From the NCBI GenBank assembly GCA_964596395.1, contig CAZQSY010000004.1, positions 9,008 through 73,007 of the forward strand: a DNA stretch of 64,000 bases, written 5' to 3'. A model generated the notes under the pieces. The model ran no database searches, was not told where the DNA came from, and saw only the letters and a list, made by a program, of their open reading frames with translations. A program made the translations under genes and the position numbers. Positions 28,046-37,519 of this stretch are shown piece after piece; positions within the stretch are counted from its first letter, which is position 1, and each line of letters begins with the position of its first letter. This stretch comes from an uncultured Candidatus Saccharibacteria bacterium. Its GTDB lineage: Bacteria; Patescibacteriota; Minisyncoccia; Phycocordibacterales; UBA9973.

Positions 28046-29556
28046 TTTAGCACTTTTATATCCGCCCCGATGGAATTCAGGCGTTCGGCGATTTCTTCGT
28101 ACCCGCGTTTGATCATATACACGTTGCGTAAGATGGAGGTGCCTTCAGCAGCAAGCATGGCAATAAGGATCGCCGCTGCCGGGCGCAGGGCGGGCGGGCA
28201 GACGACCTGCGCCGCTTTTAACTTTGTCCCTCCTTGGATATACAGCCGGTGTGGGTCTGCTAGTGTAACGTTTGCCCCTAGTCGATTCAGTTCAGCCATA
28301 TATATGGCCCGATTTTCGTACGTCCAGTCGTGAATCATCGTCTGGCCTTCAGCTTTAACCGCTATCGGTGTAAAGAAAGGCAAGTTGTCCATATTAATGC
28401 CCGGGTAGGGGTTGGGGTGAATTTTATCAGCCAAAGCTTTTAATTTGCTCGGCAATATTTCAATATCAACCAGTTTGGTTCGGCCGTTTTGCGAAAAATA
28501 TTTTTTAGAGACCTTATACTTCAAACCCATTCTTTTCATTTTTTCAAGTTCAAGTGAAAGAAAGTCAATCGGGCAGCGAGTGATATTCAGTTTTGATTCA
28601 GTGACAACCCCGGCGGTGATAAACATCATAGACTCTATTGGGTCTTCGCTGTTCCAGTATTCCACGTTTTTATTTATTTCTTTTATTCCGTGCACGACTA
28701 GTGTAGAAGTGCCGATGCCGTCTATTTTGACCCCCATGCTTTCAAGGAAAAAACACGTTTCTTGGACCATATAATTCGCGCTGGCGAAACTGATAGTCGT
28801 CTCACCGGGGACCAAAGCGGCGGCAATCAGGGTGTTTTCGGTGGCGGTGTCGCCCGATTCGTACATTACGATTTCCGCCGGTTTTAGTTTTTTAGCATCT
28901 ATTTCGTAAGTGGTAGGGGTGACTTTTATTTTTACCCCGAGGTCTTTCAAGGCGTATGTGTGGCCGGCCACGGTTCTTTTACCCAAAGTGCACCCTTGCG
29001 AATGAGGTATGCTGAAACGAGATACTCGATGTATGAGCGGGCCCATCAGCATCAAAATAGATCTAGTTCTCGAAGAAGAGCCGATGTTTATGTTTTTCAG
29101 GTTAAATTCTCTCGGGGTTTCCATCTTCAAGGAATTTTTTCCCACCCACTTTATAGATACGCCGATGCTCTCGAAGATCTCTATCATCCTGTCTACTTCT
29201 TCTATACGGGCGATGTTGTGAAGCACGGTGGTTCCCTTGTTCAGAAGGGAGGCGCAGAGTATGCCCATTGAGCCGTTTTTGGAAAAATTCGTTTTGATTG
29301 TGCCGTGAAGTTTCTTGCCGCCTTTGATTTCAAAGTCAATAGAGTCGTTGATGCAGACAACCTTATGGTCTAGCACTTCGCTTATTTTTGAAAGGATTTC
29401 GGTGCTGAAATTTTGTTCGCCGGCTTCCATGCGGGCCACGGCGCTCTGTGAAGTCGCGAGCGCTTTAGCGAACTCGGCTTGCGTAAGGTCGCGCTTTTCC
29501 CGTAAATTTTTGATAAAATCGCCAATCTGCTTTTGTTGTGTGTTATTTTTTTGCAT
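28042..29556 (-). CDS. murA: UDP-N-acetylglucosamine 1-carboxyvinyltransferase fused to an N-terminal XRE-family helix-turn-helix domain
   Basis: N-terminal ~65 aa IKNLREKRDLTQAEFAKALATSQSAVARME (XRE HTH). The remainder has the EPSP-synthase/MurA fold with a MurA-like C-terminus ...AAILIAMLAAEGTSILRNVYMIKRGYEEIAERLNSIGADI. Confidence 0.7.
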   Translation of the reverse strand: MQKNNTQQKQIGDFIKNLREKRDLTQAEFAKALATSQSAVARMEAGEQNFSTEILSKISEVLDHKVVCINDSIDFEIKGGKKLHGTIKTNFSKNGSMGILCASLLNKGTTVLHNIARIEEVDRMIEIFESIGVSIKWVGKNSLKMETPREFNLKNINIGSSSRTRSILMLMGPLIHRVSRFSIPHSQGCTLGKRTVAGHTYALKDLGVKIKVTPTTYEIDAKKLKPAEIVMYESGDTATENTLIAAALVPGETTISFASANYMVQETCFFLESMGVKIDGIGTSTLVVHGIKEINKNVEYWNSEDPIESMMFITAGVVTESKLNITRCPIDFLSLELEKMKRMGLKYKVSKKYFSQNGRTKLVDIEILPSKLKALADKIHPNPYPGINMDNLPFFTPIAVKAEGQTMIHDWTYENRAIYMAELNRLGANVTLADPHRLYIQGGTKLKAAQVVCPPALRPAAAILIAMLAAEGTSILRNVYMIKRGYEEIAERLNSIGADIKVLK

Positions 29557-29565
29557 TCAAAAATA

Positions 29566-29585
29566 ATATATCATATGTGATATAT
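29566..29585. promoter_or_regulatory. Palindromic operator-like site ATATATCA-N4-TGATATAT immediately upstream of the HTH-murA start
   Basis: Perfect 8-bp inverted arms located 10-30 nt upstream of the minus-strand ATG (29556). Confidence 0.35.
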
Positions 29586-29618
29586 CTGCAAGCAAAGGGT
29601 GTGGATAAAATTTTTGTG

Positions 29619-29690
29619 TGCGCCTGCGGGGAATCGAACCCTGATTACAAGTTCCGGAAACTTGCGTTCTATCCGTTGAACTACAGGCGC
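29619..29690 (-). tRNA. tRNA-Arg (anticodon CCG)
   Basis: Minus-strand cloverleaf: acceptor gcgcctg/caggcgc, D-arm gttc-aacggat-agaac, anticodon stem caagt/acttg with loop ttCCGga, T-loop TTCGATT. Confidence 0.8.
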
Positions 29691-29699
29691 GTTAAATTT

Positions 29700-29784
29700 T
29701 GGTGCCGGAGGAGAGAATCGAACTCTCATGAGTTGCCTCGCACGATTTTGAGTCGTGTGCGTCTACCAATTCCGCCACTCCGGC
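29700..29784 (-). tRNA. tRNA-Leu (anticodon CAA), long variable arm, CCA encoded
   Basis: Minus-strand: acceptor gccggag/ctccggc, D-loop with GG, anticodon loop ctCAAaa, ~15-nt variable arm, T-loop TTCGATT, terminal acca. Confidence 0.8.
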
Positions 29785-29871
29785 ATCTAAAATATACTTG
29801 CGGCGAATCAACAAGATATTAACTTAATTCTTAACTTTACGCAATTTCGGTTCTTGTGTTAAAATCAGCGC

Positions 29872-30906
29872 ATGTCTAACCTGTATTCCAACTCAATTTT
29901 TTGGATTGATACCGAGAAAATAAAGCCAAACCCGTACCAGCCCCGGCGGGATTTTGACGAGACACGCTTGCAAGATTTGGCCGACTCTATAAGGCAATAC
30001 GGCGTGCTGCAGCCGCTTACCGTATCCCGCACCGAGATAGTGAAAGAAGACGGCGGGCTTACCACCGAATACGAACTTATTGCCGGTGAACGCCGCCTGC
30101 GCGCGGCCAAGCTGGCCGGCGTGTCGCAGGTGCCGGTCATCATCCGCGAAGGTGACACTTCAATGATGAAGCTGGAGCTGGCGATTATCGAGAATTTGCA
30201 GCGCGAGGACCTGAACGTGGTTGACCGCGCGCGCGCTTTCTTTCAGCTGGTGAACGAATTCAGATTTACCCACGCCGAAGTTGCAAAAAAAATGGGCCGA
30301 AGCCGAGAATATGTCTCGAACACTTTGCGCATACTCTTCTTGCCCGACGAAATTCTGAAGGCCCTCTCGGAAGGAAAAATTTCGGAAGGCCACACTCGGC
30401 CGCTTCTCATGCTTGTCGACCATCCCGAAGAGCAGATGGTGCTTTTTAAAGAAATTATTTACAAGAAACTTACCGTGCGGGAAGCCGAAAGAAACGCGCG
30501 GCGAATTGCCTACGACCGCGTGCGCAAGAAAGAATTTATGCCCGACCCCGAAATAACCGAACTGGAAGAAGAATTTCAAGACAAGCTCGGCACGCGGGTG
30601 CATATAGACCGAAGCGAGACCGGCGGACAGATTAAAATTGATTTCTTTTCGACCGAAGACCTGCGGGCGATTCTAGAGCTTATGAATAAGCCCGATATCG
30701 AGAGAAACCCCAACAATTTGCTAGAAAAGCATATCGCGAAAATAGAAGGAGGGGAAGAGCCGGCTAATCTTTCCCAAAACATTAGCTCTGCCCCAAACCA
30801 AGAAGAAAAACCTGCCGGCAATGCTTCGCAAAGCGATGCGGGAGTGAAAGAGGAAACAGCCCCAGACGAAAGCAAACTTTACGATATTTCTAATTTTAGT
30901 ATTTAA
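29872..30906 (+). CDS. parB: Chromosome partitioning protein ParB/Spo0J
   Basis: ParB box LIAGERRLRAAKLAG and HTH; acidic, low-complexity C-terminal tail. Confidence 0.85.
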   Translation: MSNLYSNSIFWIDTEKIKPNPYQPRRDFDETRLQDLADSIRQYGVLQPLTVSRTEIVKEDGGLTTEYELIAGERRLRAAKLAGVSQVPVIIREGDTSMMKLELAIIENLQREDLNVVDRARAFFQLVNEFRFTHAEVAKKMGRSREYVSNTLRILFLPDEILKALSEGKISEGHTRPLLMLVDHPEEQMVLFKEIIYKKLTVREAERNARRIAYDRVRKKEFMPDPEITELEEEFQDKLGTRVHIDRSETGGQIKIDFFSTEDLRAILELMNKPDIERNPNNLLEKHIAKIEGGEEPANLSQNISSAPNQEEKPAGNASQSDAGVKEETAPDESKLYDISNFSI

Positions 30907-32381
30907 GACCTTCCAAAGGATTTCAGCCGGGCCAGTAAGCTATTTTTCTCTAGGTAGGATTTAATGTGCTTTTTGGCCATGCTGGTTTTCGCATAATCTA
31001 GCCACTTACTCGAAGGGCGTGCGTCTTTTTTGGTGATAATTTCTACAATGTCGCCGTTTTTGAGTTTGGTGTCTATCGAGGCAATCCGTCCGTTTATTTT
31101 TACTCCAGAAATATGTTCTCCGACGTCGGAATGTATGGCGTACGCGAAATCGACCGGACTTGAATCCTCGGGCAAGTCGATAATGTCGCTTTTTGGTGTG
31201 AAGATAAATATTCTGTCGCTGAAGAAATCCATTTTCAAATGCTCCAGATATTTTTGAGGGTCACTGAAATCATGTTCGTGGTGTAGATTTTTTAATTCCT
31301 CTAGCCACTTGAGCTGCGAGATATCATCAGTTTTTTTCTTGCGCGAAGCGGTTTCTTTGTAGGCGAAATGCGCAGCGAAACCGTATGCCGCTTCCAGATT
31401 CATTTCTCTGGTGCGGATTTGAATTTCGGCGATGCCTCGTTTGCCGGTGAAAATCGTGGTGTGAATAGAGCGGTAGCCGTTCGGCTTGGGCAGGGCGATA
31501 TAATCCTTGATTCTCCCCGGCAGCGGCTTCCAGAGCGAGTGGACTATCCCCAGAACCTGATAGCATTCTTCGATTGTTTCTACTACCACTCGCAGGGCTA
31601 CAATGTCATATACCTTAGAAAGGTCTTTGTCTTTACGCAAAAGCTTGCGCCACAAACTGTATTTATGCTTCACCCGGTAATCTATATCTACGATATTGAC
31701 TTTGTTTTTTACCAGCTCTTTTTCTAATTCGTTCTTGACTTCGGCCAGGTTTTTTTCAAAGGTCTTTTTTTCGTTCCGCAGAAGCTCCTCTGTCTCTTTG
31801 TATTCTTTGGGATAGGCGAAAGGGAAGGCCGCGTCTTCGAGCTCGCTCTTCAATCGTCCCATGCCCAGCCGGTCGGCCAGCGGCGCGTAGACCTCGATTG
31901 ATTCCATCGCGATTCTCTTCCTTTTATCTTCGCGCACGTGTTCTAAGGTGCGCAGGTTGTGCAGACGGTCGGCGAATTTTATAATCACGACGCGCAAATC
32001 GTCGGTCATGGCGATGAAAAATTTACGCAAACTTTCGACGTGCCTTTCGCTGCCCCGATATTTCAGGGTTCCTAGTTTCGTCACGCCGTTCACCAGAAAA
32101 ATTATCCTGTCGCCGAATTCTTTCTTCATTTCTTCTTCGGTTATTTTCGTGTCTTCCAACACATCGTGCAAAAGCCCGGCGGCCACTGTCTCGGCATCCA
32201 TGCCGATTTGGGCGAGTATCTTCGCCGTCTCGAATACGTGCGAAAAGTATGGACTGCCGTCCAATCTTTTTTGCCCGTCATGCGCTTTCTGGGCGAAAGT
32301 GTATGCTTTTTCAATCAGGCCTTCGCCTTCTTTCGTCGTCCCATCGCGCATGAAGCTGATGATTTCTTTCACGTTTGCCAT
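30903..32381 (-). CDS. rel: Bifunctional (p)ppGpp synthetase/hydrolase, short form (HD + synthetase + TGS, no ACT)
   Basis: HD motif HDVLEDT, RelA/SpoT synthetase domain and TGS-like C-terminus. 492 aa. Confidence 0.8.
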   Translation of the reverse strand: MANVKEIISFMRDGTTKEGEGLIEKAYTFAQKAHDGQKRLDGSPYFSHVFETAKILAQIGMDAETVAAGLLHDVLEDTKITEEEMKKEFGDRIIFLVNGVTKLGTLKYRGSERHVESLRKFFIAMTDDLRVVIIKFADRLHNLRTLEHVREDKRKRIAMESIEVYAPLADRLGMGRLKSELEDAAFPFAYPKEYKETEELLRNEKKTFEKNLAEVKNELEKELVKNKVNIVDIDYRVKHKYSLWRKLLRKDKDLSKVYDIVALRVVVETIEECYQVLGIVHSLWKPLPGRIKDYIALPKPNGYRSIHTTIFTGKRGIAEIQIRTREMNLEAAYGFAAHFAYKETASRKKKTDDISQLKWLEELKNLHHEHDFSDPQKYLEHLKMDFFSDRIFIFTPKSDIIDLPEDSSPVDFAYAIHSDVGEHISGVKINGRIASIDTKLKNGDIVEIITKKDARPSSKWLDYAKTSMAKKHIKSYLEKNSLLARLKSFGRS

Positions 32382-32411
32382 GGGGAAAGTATACCACAGA
32401 CCATAAAAGCT

Positions 32412-32451
32412 TTACAAATACTACAAAATGTGCTATAATTAGTAAAGGAGG
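32412..32451 (+). promoter_or_regulatory. Near-consensus promoter (TTACAA-N16-TGcTATAAT) and AGGAGG RBS for the downstream small secreted protein
   Basis: -35 ttacaa at 32412-17, extended -10 tgcTATAAT at 32431-39, aggagg at 32446-51, ATG at 32458. Confidence 0.5.
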
Positions 32452-32457
32452 TGTACC

Positions 32458-32832
32458 ATGAAAAAAACTTTTTTTTGGCTAGCCATCATGCTAGCCACTG
32501 GACCCGCCCTGGCCCAGACTGATGTCGAAACCTACGCCCGAACCCACGGGCTGCAGGTGGAGACATGGGGGTTTTTCGGCAAGTCCCTGCGATGGGATTT
32601 TGTCGACCACCAGGAACCCACCCTGGTGGAGGGCATTTTTTGGCAACCCAAAAAGGTTGCCATATGGGGTGCGGGGTTTGCAGTCGCCGAGCTCCCATCA
32701 TCGGCGACGCGGTATATTGTACCCGCAGTATACCGGGGAATTTTGGTGGGGGCCTCGTACGAAGATGTTTATTCTATTTCGTACGAGGTACTTGAAGCTA
32801 GGATATGGGTTGATGTCAACCTTGTATTCTAG
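32458..32832 (+). CDS. Small secreted hypothetical protein (signal peptide), GC-rich relative to surroundings
   Basis: MKKTFFWLAIMLATGPALAQ signal peptide. Codon usage is visibly GC-richer than the flanking genes. Strong promoter and RBS. Confidence 0.5.
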   Translation: MKKTFFWLAIMLATGPALAQTDVETYARTHGLQVETWGFFGKSLRWDFVDHQEPTLVEGIFWQPKKVAIWGAGFAVAELPSSATRYIVPAVYRGILVGASYEDVYSISYEVLEARIWVDVNLVF

Positions 32833-32913
32833 CTCGAGAAAAGAGTTTTGAGAGTTCTCTTTAAAAAACTCTCAGCCGGCGATACACAAGATGTCTGTCG
32901 GCTATTTTTATTT

Positions 32914-35205
32914 TTACTCAGTTTTTTTTAATTTATGCGGGTTATGGTTAGCGCACATTTTATTACTGCACCGCTCAGGTATGGTCTTTGTGCCGAGCAT
33001 CATTAAGCTTCCGCACATGTCGCAGATCCTGCCGGTGGGTTTGGCTTTTATCGCGAATTTGCAGTCGGGGTAATTTGAGCAGGAATAAAAAATCCCGAAA
33101 CGCCCACGGCGCTCGGTGAGTTCGCCTTTCTTACACTCTGGGCAAGCCACACCTGTTTTCTTTCTGGCCTCCTCGGCTTCATCTTTTTTAATAAACTTAC
33201 ATTTCGGATAGCGCGAGCAGGAGATAAAGGTGCCCGAGCCGTCGCGTCTTTCTTTGATTACCAGTTTGCCACCTCCATTTTTACCCTCCTTGTCTCCGCA
33301 TTCAGGGCATTTTTCGCCCGTTTCTTCCGGGCCCTTTAATTCTGTGCCGTCGAACTTCAGCGCTCCATCGCATTCGGGATATTTCGAGCAGGAATAAAAT
33401 TTCCCTCCGCGAGAGAGTTTGATTATCATCGAACTGCCGCATTTTGGGCATTTTATATTCTCCGGCGCGTCGCCCAAGTTGGTCGCTTTTTCGAGTTTTT
33501 CTTTCGATTTTATTTCTTTTAAGAACGGCCCGTAAAAATCTTTGAGCGTCTTTTCGTACTCGCGCTCGCCCCGCGAGATTTCGTCGAGTTCATCTTCCAT
33601 TTCGGCGGTGAAATTATCCGAGATGTACTTCATAAAATGTTTTTCCAAAAAGTCCGAGACAACTTCACCGGTGTCGGTGGGGAAGAGGGTGCGGTTTTCC
33701 TTGCGCACGTACTCGCGGTCTTCCAGGGTCTTCATGATTGAGGCGTAAGTAGAAGGCCGGCCGATGCCGCGCGCTTCAAGTTCTTTCACCAGGCCGGCTT
33801 CGCTGTATCTTCCCGGCGGTTCGGTGAATTTTTCTTCGCTAGATAACTCAAGCATTTTTAAATTTTCGTTTTCTTTTACTTCGGGCAGAACAACATCTTC
33901 GTTCCCGTTCGCGCTGTCAACCTTGAGCCAGCCGTCAAAAAGTATCCGCGAGCCGATAGCGGTGAAGTCGGGAAACTCAAACTTGGAAGTTGAATTTCCA
34001 CTTGGAAGTCCGACTTCCAAGTTGCTTACATTCGCGCTGATTTTTGTTTTCAGAACCTTGGCGTCGGCCATCTGCGAAGCTACCGCGCGCTCCCATATTA
34101 ACCTGTACAATCGTCTTTGCTCTTCGGTGCCCGCTTCCGCGTTTTCGACGTGGGTAGGGCGAATAGCCTCATGCGCTTCCTGCGCGTTTTTTGATTTAGT
34201 TTTGTACATACGCGGCTCGGCGTAATTTTTTCCGTATTTTTTTTCTACGAGCGCTAGAATTTGCGCTTGAGCCGCGGCGCCCAGGTTCGTGCTGTCGGTA
34301 CGCATATAAGTGATATGCCCGGCCTCGTAGAGTTTCTGCGCGAGTTGCATAGTGCGGGAAGGCGAGTATCCCAAGCGCGAGCTCGCGGTCTGCTGCAGGG
34401 TAGAGGTGGTAAAGGGCGCGCGCGGAGAGCGCTTTTGCTCGGATTCTTTGACTTCAACGATTTTCCAGTTCTCTTTTCTGCCCGTTTCCAGTATTTTTTC
34501 TACCAGTTTTTCGCCTGCCTGTCCGGTAGGCAGGTCACGCGGTTCGTCTTTGCAGGTCAGGGCCAGCTTGTCTCCCTTGCTTGTTTCAAAGACGCCGAAA
34601 ATTTTCCAGTATCTTTCGGGAACGAAAGCGCGGATTTCCCGCTCGCGTTCCATAATAATGCGAAGCGCCGGCGACTGCACTCTGCCAGCAGAGAGCCCAT
34701 AGCGCACTTTTTTCCAGATAAGGCCGGACAAATCATATCCCACCAGTCGGTCGAGCACCCTACGGGCTTCCTGGGCTCTGCGCAAGGCGGTATCTATCTC
34801 TCTCGGGTTTTTGAGGGCTTCTTCTACCGCCTCGGCGGTTATTTCGTGAAAAGTGGCGCGCTTTATCGGCGCTTTTATTTTTTTATCGCCATTTAAAATT
34901 TCTTTGATATGCCAGGCGATGGCCTCGCCCTCCCGGTCGGGGTCGGTAGCCAGAATTACCTCGTCTGCTTTTTCGGCCAAACCTTCGAGTTCGCGCACAA
35001 CTTTTTCTTTGCCTTTGGATATTTCGTAATGCGGAACAAAGCCCCCTTCGATGTCTATGGCTTTCTTGTTTGATTTTGGTAAATCGCGAATATGGCCGAT
35101 AGACGCGCGTACAACATAAGGATCCAGGTCCGCCCCTGAATTGGCGGACAGGTATTTTTCAATCGTCTTTGCTTTCGATGGTGATTCAACAATAAGTAAT
35201 CGCAT
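32914..35205 (-). CDS. topA: DNA topoisomerase I with C-terminal C4 zinc-ribbon repeats
   Basis: Toprim N-terminus, active-site Tyr region, topo IA core, and four C-terminal CxxC...CxxC zinc ribbons. Confidence 0.9.
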   Translation of the reverse strand: MRLLIVESPSKAKTIEKYLSANSGADLDPYVVRASIGHIRDLPKSNKKAIDIEGGFVPHYEISKGKEKVVRELEGLAEKADEVILATDPDREGEAIAWHIKEILNGDKKIKAPIKRATFHEITAEAVEEALKNPREIDTALRRAQEARRVLDRLVGYDLSGLIWKKVRYGLSAGRVQSPALRIIMEREREIRAFVPERYWKIFGVFETSKGDKLALTCKDEPRDLPTGQAGEKLVEKILETGRKENWKIVEVKESEQKRSPRAPFTTSTLQQTASSRLGYSPSRTMQLAQKLYEAGHITYMRTDSTNLGAAAQAQILALVEKKYGKNYAEPRMYKTKSKNAQEAHEAIRPTHVENAEAGTEEQRRLYRLIWERAVASQMADAKVLKTKISANVSNLEVGLPSGNSTSKFEFPDFTAIGSRILFDGWLKVDSANGNEDVVLPEVKENENLKMLELSSEEKFTEPPGRYSEAGLVKELEARGIGRPSTYASIMKTLEDREYVRKENRTLFPTDTGEVVSDFLEKHFMKYISDNFTAEMEDELDEISRGEREYEKTLKDFYGPFLKEIKSKEKLEKATNLGDAPENIKCPKCGSSMIIKLSRGGKFYSCSKYPECDGALKFDGTELKGPEETGEKCPECGDKEGKNGGGKLVIKERRDGSGTFISCSRYPKCKFIKKDEAEEARKKTGVACPECKKGELTERRGRFGIFYSCSNYPDCKFAIKAKPTGRICDMCGSLMMLGTKTIPERCSNKMCANHNPHKLKKTE

Positions 35206-35242
35206 ACGCGCTAAGTATTACACGAGTTTTATTTTTTTTGCA

Positions 35243-35360
35243 AACTAAACTAGAATTTTTGGAATATCACTTTTCTCCGGTACGGAATTTTTGAAGCTTA
35301 AAAATTCCTGAAATTGGCTCGCCGTCGCTCGCCAAACCCCTGCGAAAAGTGTACTCCAAA
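35243..35360. repeat. Intergenic nested inverted repeats (13-bp TIR tagaatttttgga/tccaaaaattcta enclosing palindrome ggaattttt..aaaaattcc) between topA and dprA
   Basis: Read directly: outer 13-bp inverted repeat ~85 nt apart, inner 9-bp-arm palindrome. Could be a MITE-like element or the topA promoter/operator region. Confidence 0.35.
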
Positions 35361-35364
35361 AATT

Positions 35365-36228
35365 CTAATTCAATCGTATTTCTCCAAACTCCTCTCTGAT
35401 TAGCTCCTTGATTTCCATTATCGAAAGAATTGCGTTCGCGTTCGGTACGGGCATTTGCATGGCGCGGATGAGTTCGTCACGCGGGAGAGGTTCGCGTAAT
35501 AGTTCCACTACTTTTTTCTCTTCCGGCGACAGGTCGGCGAAGAGCGAGGCCTGCTTTTCTTTATCGTTTTTTGGCAATTCAAATCCTAAAGCCTCTAGCA
35601 CGTCCTCGGGACAAGTTACCGGCGTAGCTCCCTGGCGGATCAATTTGTTCGTACCCTTAGATGTGGGCAGAAAAATAGAGCCCGGCACGGCCAACACGTC
35701 TCTGTTGTATTCGGTAGCCAGCCGGGCGGTAATCAAAGTGCCCGATTTTTCCTGCGCTTCTATCACCAGCGTCGCTTTTGATGTGCCGGCCATCAAGCGG
35801 TTCCGCATCGGGAAGCTCCAGTTTGTGGCTTTGAAGTCCGGCTCGAACTCGGAAATAAAACATCCGCCCGCGCGCGCCACTTCATCCATAAGCCGGATGT
35901 TTGTTTTCGGATAAATTGCCTCTTTGCCCAGGCCCGAGCCGGGAAAGACTATGGTGGGCAAACCGTTTTGCATCGCGGTTTTGTGGGCGATGGTGTCTAT
36001 ACCCATGGCGAAACCCGAGACCACGCAGACGGGGTAGCCCTTAAGCCCGCGGATTATTTTTTCGCACGCTTCCTTGCCGTACGATGTAAATTTGCGCGAG
36101 CCGACCACGCACAGGTGAATCAGGTTTTGCTTTGGTAGTTCGCCGATAATCCATAAATTCTCGGGCGGCTGGGGAATTTCTAGGAGAGCTTTCGGGAAAT
36201 CTTTCTTTAGGAGTTTTTTGATTTGCAC
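35365..36228 (-). CDS. dprA: DNA processing protein DprA (Smf)
   Basis: Rossmann-like DprA core GSRKFTSYG...VVSGFAMGIDTIAHKTAMQNGLPTIVF. The 5' end is uncertain; the ORF track extends to 36423 but that would overlap divergent serS. Confidence 0.7.
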   Translation of the reverse strand: MQIKKLLKKDFPKALLEIPQPPENLWIIGELPKQNLIHLCVVGSRKFTSYGKEACEKIIRGLKGYPVCVVSGFAMGIDTIAHKTAMQNGLPTIVFPGSGLGKEAIYPKTNIRLMDEVARAGGCFISEFEPDFKATNWSFPMRNRLMAGTSKATLVIEAQEKSGTLITARLATEYNRDVLAVPGSIFLPTSKGTNKLIRQGATPVTCPEDVLEALGFELPKNDKEKQASLFADLSPEEKKVVELLREPLPRDELIRAMQMPVPNANAILSIMEIKELIREEFGEIRLN

Positions 36229-36250
36229 GAAAATAGTATATAATGGCGGT

Positions 36251-37519
36251 ATGCTAGATATCAAATTCATACGCGAAAACAAAAGCATTGTACAGGCCGG
36301 CGCGAAGAAAAAACTTATCGAGATAGACATCGGGAAACTAATAGAACTTGACGATGAACGTTTGAAACAGCTCAAAGAAATAGAAGACCTGCGGAGCGAA
36401 GTAAATAGAGTTTCGAACGACATCGGGAGAAATCAAGATTCAGCGCTTAAAGTTCAGCTTATTGAAGAAATGCGCGCGGTGAAAGAAGACATAAAGGCAA
36501 AAGAAGACAAGCTCCGGGAGACAATGGAAGAATGGCAGAGAATGATGGTGCAGGTGCCGAACGTACCCGATATAACCGTGCCAGAGGGCAATTCGGACGA
36601 GCAGAATGTCGAGGTGCGCGTTTGGGGTGAAAAACCGGTTTTTGATTTCGCGCCCAAGAATCACATGGAGCTCATGCTTATGCATGATATGGCCGATTAC
36701 GAACGAGGGGCGAAAGTTGCCGGTTTTCGCGGATATTTTTTGAAAAATGACGGTGCCCGGCTAGAGTGGGCCTTGATGCGTTTTGTTGAAGAGCGTTTTA
36801 TGGACAGGCAAGGGTTTACGCCGATGATTGTGCCGTCGCTCTTGCGCAGGGAATCTTTCGTCGGCACCGGTTATCTTCCCCAGAGCGAGGAGGATTTGTA
36901 CAAGACACAAGACGGTGAATACCTTGCCGGAACAGCCGAAGTTGCTACCATGGGTTATTACGCCGGTGAAATTATAGACAAGAAAAAATTACCGCTCAAG
37001 TTTTTCTGCTTTTCCCCTTGTTTTCGCCGCGAGGCGGGGAGTCACGGCAAAGACACTAAAGGCATATTCAGAATTCATGAATTTGTAAAATACGAGCAGG
37101 TGGTTTTGTGTGAGGCCTCGCACGAAGAATCGGTGCGCATGCATGAAGAACTTACCGCTAACTCTGAAGCGCTCCTCAAGGAGCTTTCAATCCCATACCA
37201 TGTGGTGGTGAATTGCGGTGGAGATTTGGGTCTGGGGCAGGTGAAAAAGTACGACATAGAGGCCTGGATGCCCTCAGAGAATAAATACCGCGAAACGCAT
37301 TCCTCTTCATATTTCCACGATTTTCAAACCCGCCGGCTTGGTATTCGCTACAAAGATGAAAACGGGAAACTGCTTTTTGCGCATTCTTTGAACAATACGG
37401 CACTGGCCATGCCTCGCCTAATCTGTCAGATAGTCGAGAATTTTCAGCAGGCGGACGGCAGCGTGAAGATTCCGGAAGCGCTTCGAAAATACATGGGCGG
37501 CAGGGAATTCATAAAGTGA
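36251..37519 (+). CDS. serS: Seryl-tRNA synthetase
   Basis: N-terminal coiled coil and class-II motifs (FRREAGSHGKDTKG, GLGQ...). Start at MLDIKFIREN. Confidence 0.9.
   Translation: MLDIKFIRENKSIVQAGAKKKLIEIDIGKLIELDDERLKQLKEIEDLRSEVNRVSNDIGRNQDSALKVQLIEEMRAVKEDIKAKEDKLRETMEEWQRMMVQVPNVPDITVPEGNSDEQNVEVRVWGEKPVFDFAPKNHMELMLMHDMADYERGAKVAGFRGYFLKNDGARLEWALMRFVEERFMDRQGFTPMIVPSLLRRESFVGTGYLPQSEEDLYKTQDGEYLAGTAEVATMGYYAGEIIDKKKLPLKFFCFSPCFRREAGSHGKDTKGIFRIHEFVKYEQVVLCEASHEESVRMHEELTANSEALLKELSIPYHVVVNCGGDLGLGQVKKYDIEAWMPSENKYRETHSSSYFHDFQTRRLGIRYKDENGKLLFAHSLNNTALAMPRLICQIVENFQQADGSVKIPEALRKYMGGREFIK

Noticed and set aside
28070-28333. Numerous 60-130-aa ORFs antisense to miaA, murA, pepN, topA, dnaB and similar genes
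   Set aside because: They are embedded in or opposite high-confidence genes and have no motif support. This is typical shadow-ORF behaviour.
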